Positions 55,796 through 64,000 of a DNA stretch of 64,000 nt are shown here, one piece after another. The position numbers and the translations under genes are program-made. The number at the start of each line of letters is the position of its first letter. Position 1 is the first letter of the stretch. Origin of the DNA: Eledone cirrhosa (Eukaryota); assembly GCA_964016885.1 (NCBI GenBank), contig OZ024743.1:344906001-344970000 (forward strand), in the 5' to 3' direction. The notes under the pieces are model-generated. The model was not told the DNA's origin. It saw only the letters and a program-made list of their open reading frames with translations, and made no database searches.

Positions 55796-56676
55796 TATTA
55801 TATATTATATATTTATATATAAAATAAGGATTTAGATCGATATTCAGTTATTTCTATCTTGTTGTTTACAATTTGCTCAACAAATTCATTTGGAGCACAC
55901 GCATTGGATTAATTGTAAGGCAACATTCCCAACCAGGAGCCTAAGCTATGGAAGCAGTGTACGTATTGTATTGGATAATTAAAATATGAAAACACTAAAG
56001 TACTCAAAATTTCATTAATCGAAGTGGCCAGTATCACCCTAGATTAGCACACAAAAATCTAGCAGAGTACAAAAGTTTTCGTCTAAGATGATACAGTACA
56101 GTTTCAAATTCTGTGCAGAATCCGCTGATCATCGATTAATAATAAATCCATAACCAGCAAACTCCGGACAAAGGAATTCTCATCAGCCAGCAGTCGCTTG
56201 AGGGGATTTCAAAAATGTTTAAGTCGGTGCCGATATCCTACGTGTGGCATTAACTATTAGTTGGTCAGAAAAGGACAGCAGCAGTGACAGACAGGCTGCG
56301 GTTGGCGGTAATGCTTAATATAGCAGCATGACGTCACCAGTATGGTGCACTCAACTATAATTAAAGAAACAAAATATGTATGTGTGTGTATTAGCGTTTG
56401 TGTTTTCTAGGTATCTGTATGTCAGTGTGTGTTAGTGCAACATTGGTATATGCTTACGTGTGCGTTTTTTCAATATGCTGGTCAGCATGATTTGCTATGT
56501 ATGCGTGTCCGATAGAACGATACAATGTATGATGCAAACCAGAGTCCCTTAGAAAAAAATTGACGTGTTTGTCATAAGAATATACTTGATTCTGGGTTTG
56601 CTTATTCAGGACCAATATGGGTTTACAAAAGAATAACATCATATCATATCGTATCATATCATATCATATCATATCA

Positions 56677-56728
<52 letters not shown>

Positions 56729-56729
<1 letters not shown>

Positions 56730-56748
56730 GTGGCTAATAAAGAAACAT
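56729..56748 (+). mobile_element. Extremely 5'-truncated Tx1 3' tail (~20 bp) within (ATCT)n
   Basis: TGTGGCTAATAAAGAAACAT matches the 3' termini of both Tx1 copies (GTGGCAAATAAAAGAAACAT; TGTGGCCAATAAAGAAATC) and has the same junction into ATCT. Confidence 0.7.
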
Positions 56749-56764
56749 ATCTATCTATCTATTT

Positions 56765-56840
<76 letters not shown>

Positions 56841-57058
56841 CGATGGACACATGTGCTGAGCTCGCTCGGTAAGTTTTTGTTTAAATTCATACGGAAATTG
56901 TAAACTGTAAACTTTCATTTTTGTACCATTTTGTAGAGGGACTGCCAGGTCAAATTTTGATCTGGTCGGTCTCTCAAAATATTCTGCGCCTTTAGGCGAA
57001 ATAGTATTGTGAACATTTTATCTTTCGAAAAACTTCGAAAAACCCTATTTTGAGAAAA

Positions 57059-57235
57059 ATGGCTGAAGCATCTTCACCATCAATCAAAGAAGGAAAGGGG
57101 AAGTCATACTCACAGCTTCCTCCTGCCACTGTCACAGCAGCAGATGCCAAAGGCAGAGGTCAGAGAGAGGAAGAATTGTCTTCACCTGTTGACCGACCAC
57201 TAGATGTAGCCACAACTACACAAGAATTTGAAAAC

Positions 57236-57266
<31 letters not shown>

Positions 57267-58907
57267 GCAACAATAAAGACAACAAAAACAACAACAACAC
57301 AAACGTCACAAGTATCCACACACGAAACGAGAAAGACAACAACAACAACAAAGATGAAAACAACTCAAACGACGAGAAACAAAACAATACTAATATCCAA
57401 AACGAAAACAAAATATCTTTTGCACAAACGGCTAAATTATCAGTCGCGTATGTGCTTGAAGATATTTCAAAAGCAAAAGAAATGCTGGAAAAAGCCAAGA
57501 AATATGTGTCTTTTGGCGAAAACGGTTCGTTTTCTATACATTCACCTCCGGAGCTAAAAAGACAGACGGAATTACGAACTGTCGTATTCCGAACAATTTT
57601 AAATAAAACAAAGAAACCAGCGCAACCATCTCAAGCGGAAATTCAGTTAGTCTTGAAAGACGCGATGAGAGACATCACTTTCATACAAAAGGATAAACTC
57701 TATGGGAGTTTATCCATATTGATGAAAGACGAATTGGCGGCAAAAAAATACTCTGTGTCGCCAATTCGGTCCACACACTACACCTTCTTCCCCACCTACA
57801 TGGGTAAAAAAACCCAGAGGATATGGATAACCACCATCACCCCAAACATAAACTACTGGTGGTTACTAACCGGTTTCCTCAATTTAGACGAGGACAACCT
57901 CATCTCAATAAGGAAGGCATCCGGCGACGCGTTCAGTGGAACGAGCCTCGAAGTTCTGACCCAAATAAGGCCAGAACGCATCGCCCAAATCCCTGAGCGC
58001 GTCATGCTGGATGACCGTACCCACCTCAACATTATTGTGGAGGGTAGGCGTCCCTCCTGTTACCTCTGTGGCAATAGAGGTCACCTGAGGGCTGCCTGTC
58101 CCCAGCTCACACAGAAAAAAACACTGCTACCAACACCAACACCACCCCAACTACAACAACAAAAACAACCACAACAACAACAAAAACCAACAACCCCACC
58201 ACCACCACAACAACAACAACAAACACGTGAAAAAATAACACAGAATACTGTCCCACCCAATCCCTCCCCACCCAAAGCAAATACAAAAACACGCACACCG
58301 CAAACACTACCAGAAAACATACCCCTCCCACCCAACAAGGAAGACGAACCTCTTTCGTCGCAAGACGAAAAAGATCCCTTCCAACAAGTAAAAAGAAAGA
58401 AGAGGAGACGCACCACAGACACACATGTTAACTTTAACCCCCCCCCCCCAAGAGAACACAAACTACACACAAACCACCCCTCCCTGTCACACAACACTAA
58501 CTGCTACACAAAAAAAGACCTTACAATACACATACATGAACACAGACAACAAAGAATTACGGAAAACAATTTCAGCAAACCCTTCGGTCCAAACTGAAGG
58601 GCCAAACTTTATAACTGCTGTGGGACTACCTCATTTGAAAATGATAAAAGTCCCAATGCACTTGTACAAAACACTGAAAATAAATTTCACGGAGGACGTG
58701 GGCCCCCCCTGCGCCAAACCAATCAACCGCGTCCTCCTAAAAAATGCCACCCCCCCACCCCACCCAGACACCCACTCAACGACAAACACCCCAACCCCAC
58801 AACACACCGATGCCCCTTCACTTCCACAAACCACCACCCCACCCAACAACCCATCCCCAACCAGCATGGAAATTGAGCGGCCCGTTTCCCGGGACGCAGA
58901 GAGGTAA
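57059..58907 (+). CDS. Tx1-type ORF1 (gag-like nucleic-acid-binding protein), probable 1-nt frameshift in the C12 run at 58438-58449
   Basis: ATG at 57059 (MAEASSPS); zinc knuckle CYLCGNRGHLRAAC (CX2CX4HX4C); poly-N and poly-Q/P tracts. The reading continues in the +1 frame (58425-58907), which stops just before ORF2. Confidence 0.8.
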
Positions 58908-58931
58908 GTGCCTTTTCTCTTTACCACCAAC

Positions 58932-61900
58932 ATGGCTGTGCTAAGAGTAGGGTGTCTAAATGCGCGTGGCCTGGGCTCGTCTTGGAAGCAAGCAATGCTT
59001 CTAAATGACCTCAGGTCACAATCTATAAATGTGATGGTTATCTGCCAGGCCCGGATCAGCAGCATGCGGCAGCTAGCCCCCACCTTTGACGACTTTGAGA
59101 TGCACGCATCTCTCTGTCAGCCCGGAGGTGGGGGTGGGGTTGTCGTTCTGCTGCAAAAACATATGGGCCTTGCAACACAGATAGTTCACTTGGACCCAGG
59201 GGGTCGACTGGTGGTGCTGGACCTTGGCAGTGGTGAAGGTAGAGCCTTTAGGCTGATAGCCGCATATGCCCCTTTTGGGACAGAGCGGCCCGACTTTTTC
59301 CAGCGTCTGGAGTCTTTTCTAGGGACGTCCCGTTCCCTGCTTTTAGTGGGGGATTGGAATGGTATCCTGGATGCACGTTGGGACTATGCAGGGGCATGTC
59401 CCGATAGAGAGGGGTGCAACAGCCTCAAGGGGTTACTCGGCCGATTTGACCTGGCCGATAGATTTCGACTAGATTTTCCGACGGTGCCAACCTGGTCTTG
59501 GTCAAATCGCAGCGGATCATCTAGATCGTACCTAGATAGATTTTTAGTTAGAAATAAGGACAGGGACTTTTTAAGTTGTCCAGAAATGCTCATGGTTGGC
59601 TATTCAGACCACAAGTTGGTGACCTGCATGGTCAATCTTGATAGAACGCATAGACAGGGCCCCGGTTACTGGAAGCTCAACTTGTCCTTGCCGGCAAGTA
59701 GAGCCTACAGGAATCGGATTAGTACGTTAGTTAAGGAACGGTTGACTGGAGCGATCGTCAACAGCAGGTGGTGGGTATCTCTAAAGAGAGAGATTAGAGT
59801 AGTCTCGATTGAATTTAGTAAGGTTCTAGCTGCGGATAGGAATAGGAAGGAAAGGGAGCTAATAGATAGAGTAGAAGAGGCAATTAGAAGCGGCGACGTG
59901 GCCAGAGTGCTAGCGTCGAGAACGGCTTTGAGCCAGTTTTTCGACGCGAAGCACGAAGGTTGCGTTGTCCGAAGTAAAATACGTGCTCTAGGGAACGAGG
60001 GGACCAAAGCTGTTAGCTGGGCCCGCGTGACAGAGGCCAACAGTGGAACTAAATCCACCATCCGGTCTTTGCGAGACCTGGATGGACGGGCGATTCTTGA
60101 GCCTAAGCAGATGTGTGAGGCCTTTCAAAGGCACTTTGCCCGACTGTTCGGGAGGGGCGGGGAGCCGGTTGGGAACGTGGACTTCGGTCCATACCTCGAC
60201 GGCCTGCCGCGCCTCTCGGACAGGGAGGCGAAGTCCTGCGAGGAGCCGATTTCGGCCGCTGAGATAGAGGACGTGCTGAGCCAATGCGGCAAACGCAAAT
60301 CCCCGGGTCTCGATGGTCTTCCTTACGAATTATATCTAGCTATGCCGGACTTGTTCCCCGATCTCCTCGAGGCGGTCTACTGCAACTGGCAACAGAACGG
60401 GAGAATTACCTGTACTGTGACCAAGGGCGTAGTCACGCTAGTGAGGAAGGACGAGAACAAGGGGGACGAAATAAGTAACTTCAGGCCCATAACTCGAGAG
60501 TCACAGCATACAGGCAAGGTGTAGGAAGAGATGGCAGCCTTGTCGATGGGACCTGGCGGCGATTTGAACGGCTGCGAGAGGTATCCGTTCACCTTGGACC
60601 CTATAGCAGATGCGGCTCTGTGACATAGCAGGTGGATCCAGCCCCTGAAAACGGGTTCGAAGGCCTGCCGCCGCTAGCACCGCATCCAGGTAACCATGGT
60701 CGACCCTGATAGGGTCGACCATGGTTACCTGGATGCGGTGCTAGCGGCGGCAGGCTTCGAACCCGTTTTCAGGGGCTGGATCACTGCTATGCACAGCAGC
60801 CGCATCTGCTCTAGGGTCAAGGTGAACGGCTACCTCTCGCAGCCGTTCAAAATCGCGCGGTCCATCCGACAAGGGTGCCCTCTCTCCTCCCTTCTGTATG
60901 TGTTGACTCTCGAGCCACTACTGCGGAAGTTGGAGTTGTTGCAGGGCATCCCTTTGGAACCGGGATTGCGGAAAGCGGTGTCAGCCTACGCCGATGACGT
61001 GACAGTAATGGTGTCGACGGCCTCCGAAATCGAGGCGGTCGGCACCTTACTGGAGGAGTACGAAAAGTTCACAGGGGCTAAGCTGAACCGGGACAAGTCG
61101 ATCGGTTTGCAACTCGGCACGTGGAGGGGCAGACCGATGCCCTCCGATGGCGTCGTCGGACGCTGGACGGAGGGCCCGGTGAAGTTGCTCGGGGTCTGGT
61201 TCGGACCGGACCTCCAGGTGGAGAAAAACTGGGCGGAGGTTACGAACAGGGTGTTTGCACTGACCCAGAAGTGGGCCAGTTGCAAACTATCCCTGAAAGG
61301 TCGGGCGGAGGTGGCGAACACTTATATAGCGTCCGTCATCTACTACCGCCTGACCGTAGTGCCCTGCCCAAGGGAAACCCTCACCGAGATGGAGCGCGCG
61401 CTCTTCCAATTCCTTTGGAAGAGGCGGGCTCCCATGGTGAGGAGATCCATCTGCTGTCAACACCCTTCGAAAGGAGGGCTGGGGATGCCGTGGCTAATGA
61501 TGCGTAAACACGCATTAAGGCTACGGCACCTCTACGTATTCCTCACCGGACAACCGGTGTGGGCCTCGTTTGTGAGACGAACCTTTCCCAGACTCGTCTC
61601 ACTCACCGAGCTGCAATCTTGGGTCAAGCAAAGACCGAGAAAACTGGGCGCCTGGCACACTGAGTGTGCCCAGGCGCTCACCGCCCTCTGGCAGGCGGAT
61701 CCGGTTATCAGTGGAGACTCCACCGCAACATTCTATAGAGGGCTGGTACGCAGCAGGTGCGACGACGCCCTCGGAGAAGCCCTAGACATGGAGGAGGACG
61801 AACTGGCCAGCCTGTTCGGTAGGACATTCAGCCCGGGACCTATGGACAACTTCCAGAAGTCCCTGGCCTGGCAGTGCTACCGAGGGGCTTTACCCGTTCG

Positions 61901-62369
61901 AGAAAGGCTCTACAGACACGGGCGCCCGGGTAGGGACCCCGCCAAAAAGATCTGTCCCAGATGCGTGTGCGACGAGGAAACCGTTGCACACGCATTGGTA
62001 CACTGTTCGGGCGTAGCCGATCTGTGGGGCTATGTCGAACAACTGCTGTCAAGGGTGGGACCGATCCGGTTGACCACCGAGACTATTGTAATGATCAAGC
62101 CGCCTCCCCCCTTCAAAGATGAAGCAGAGGTGGTGTTTCTGTGCGTAATAGCCATAGCGAAAGAGGTTGTATGGTGGACGCGTCTGAAAGGACTGAGGTC
62201 AGGCACCTTTCTCTCTGGCCAACAACTGGTCCGTTTCTTCCGATATCATTTCGGAAGAAGGATCAGGATGGAGAGAGAGGTGCTGCACCCCAGCCGTTTT
62301 TATGAAAGGTGGGTGAAAGTGGCGAGAATGGCCCGTGTGAATGGGCCTTCTCTTTACATAAGCCTGTAG
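58932..62369 (+). CDS. Tx1-type ORF2 (apurinic-like endonuclease, reverse transcriptase, zf-RVT), interrupted by an inverted segment at 60494-60707
   Basis: APE motifs CLNARGL, GDWNG, SYLDRF, SDHK; PGYWKLN; KSPGLDG; RT motifs QGCPLS and YADD; C-terminal CPRC..ETVAHALVHC. Both halves (58908-60524 and 60696-62369) are in the same frame. Confidence 0.9.
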
Positions 62370-62633
62370 GTGGAAAAGAGGACGGAACGAGGGAGCACCC
62401 CCTCTCTGTGCTCCTGAGGAAAAGGGTTGCACACTTTTTTCGGGGGTGTGTGCAACCCCCCAAGGCGCCTCCTCTCTATTGAGGATTTTGTTAAAAATTT
62501 TATTTTTTGTTATATCTTATTTTATTTTTATATTTTGTTATTGCCTCCTCCTTATTGAGGACGCCTTTTTGTGTAAACTCCCCTCTTTGTACTTGTCCCA
62601 CTTTTGATGCCCTAGTGGCAAATAAAAGAAACA

Positions 62634-62697
<64 letters not shown>

Positions 62698-62771
62698 GAT
62701 CTATTGATCGATCGATCTACTATTGACATACAAATGCACACACATCTATATATTTATTTTTCCATTTTTAG

Positions 62772-62792
62772 AGCATTGCTGATTTCTTTCAG
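62772..62792 (+). other. Candidate 21-nt micro-exon of an unknown host gene
   Basis: Pyrimidine-rich tract ending TTTTTAG|AGCATTGCTGATTTCTTTCAG|GTATGG; frame-preserving (SIADFFQ in frame 0). Confidence 0.25.
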
Positions 62793-63554
62793 GTATGGTA
62801 AAATTAACTTAATTTGGTCATCATGCGTTCTGAAAAAGTAACAACATAATTGTGATTAATTATGAAATATATTGCTTATAATAAATCATAATGTGCATTT
62901 TCATATCACAATACATATACAAATGATAGATATGTGACTGCCGATTAGTTGGTAATCCGTAATCGGCCAATACGCTTAGCGAGGTACAACGATTAACAAT
63001 ACTGGTGTATTAATATACCACTGATATATAAGTTCACCTTGCTTGGCAAAGTAAATCTTAAGCTCGTTGTGAATTGATAATCAACAGGTACGAAGGGTGT
63101 AGATAATCGGGAATCAATTCAATATGTACGTTCCAAACTGTATGGTTCTGGTTTTCACTGATCATATATATATTATCGCGTAGCAAGGAAAAATTACGAT
63201 CATTGTTTGACTGAAGTCCTTGAAATAGTCACATCGAAATTGCCTTGATTAACTCTAAAAATGAGATCATCCCGTCTTGTGATCATAAAATGTTTCGATT
63301 GTTCGACATTCGATCTGAGTTAATTGCAATGCCCTCTCCTAGTCTCGGCTTTAATTCTGATCTCTGTAAAAGCCCCACGCCTAACTGTTATGTTCGTTTG
63401 TCGTATACATTATGATTCCTTGCTTCTTTGGTCCCATTAAATAGACATTATTTTTATCTTTATTCTATATTTTTCATCTTCCTTTTTTTGTCTTTAGTTT
63501 TATATTTCTTTTAGTAACCTTAATCTGTTTAATCACTGTTCATTAATGTAATCC

Positions 63555-63594
63555 ACTGGGTAATTGCTGGCCTTGTGCCTAAAGTAGAAACAAT
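63555..63594 (+). mobile_element. SINE 3' tail fragment
   Basis: CACTGGGTAATTGCTGGCCTTGTGCCTAAAGTAGAAACAATT. Confidence 0.75.
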
Positions 63595-63715
63595 TAATTA
63601 GATTCTAAGTGGAGTCAACTTCCTTTAATATGTGGTCGTGGCTAGTTCATCATGACATTTAAACTAATATGCGCAACTGAAGGTAATGTCCTGTTAATTT
63701 TAATTTAATTTTATA

Positions 63716-63783
63716 GTACCTGATGAACTCGTTTTCAGGAACGTATTGCACGTTCGTATGTAACCTTGCGAAACATGTTGGTC
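63716..63783 (+). ncRNA. Degenerate hammerhead-like motif
   Basis: CTGATGA..(GAACGT/ACGTTC hairpin)..GAAA-CATG-TT-GGT, then AATAAA; stems I and II are imperfect. Confidence 0.4.
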
Positions 63784-64000
63784 AAATAAATGTCTGACGC
63801 GTTAAGAATACCACTAATCCACTACCCTCAATTAGTACTTTATTTTATTGGACCTGAATGCCAAAATATATCTTCGAGGTATTTGAATGCAGAGTGCATA
63901 CACTCGGAACGAATACCACAATATATTGTGTCCAATGCATTTACCAGTGTAAACTCAGCCGAAGAAGAAGATGAATTTACAACTCTTCAGCTCAAATCCC

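Larger units (their letters stand above)
56841..62634 (+). mobile_element. Full-length Tx1/L1-clade non-LTR retrotransposon (5'UTR, ORF1, ORF2, 3'UTR) in an (ATCT)n microsatellite
   Basis: (ATCT)n on both sides (56678-56840 and 62635-62700). ORF1 has a CCHC knuckle; ORF2 has APE, RT and a C-terminal zinc finger. The 3' end is GCCCTAGTGGCAAATAAAAGAAAC, followed by the repeat. Confidence 0.93.

Overview
Eukaryotic (animal) genomic DNA, AT-rich and saturated with microsatellites. The tRNA-derived SINE family looks like the octopus OK-type SINE, so a cephalopod (Octopus-like) intronic or intergenic region is inferred. No host protein-coding gene can be supported; almost all listed ORFs are microsatellite read-throughs. 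The real coding content is retroelement-derived: a near-intact full-length Tx1/L1-clade LINE (56841-62634) in an (ATCT)n tract, a 5'-truncated decayed relative (19823-23255), a near full-length decayed R4/Dong-type RLE LINE (~26593-30551), two RLE 3' fragments, a cluster of internally deleted RTE elements in (ATGT)n, a Tc1/mariner fragment and more than 15 SINE copies. Two minisatellites are present: a 41-bp unit, and a 30-bp unit with a 600-bp higher-order repeat. The most notable hidden layer is a set of about 8 minimal type I hammerhead ribozyme motifs, several inside long fold-back or inverted repeats (Penelope-like or retrozyme-like remnants). Each retroelement family also appears to be associated with its own microsatellite.
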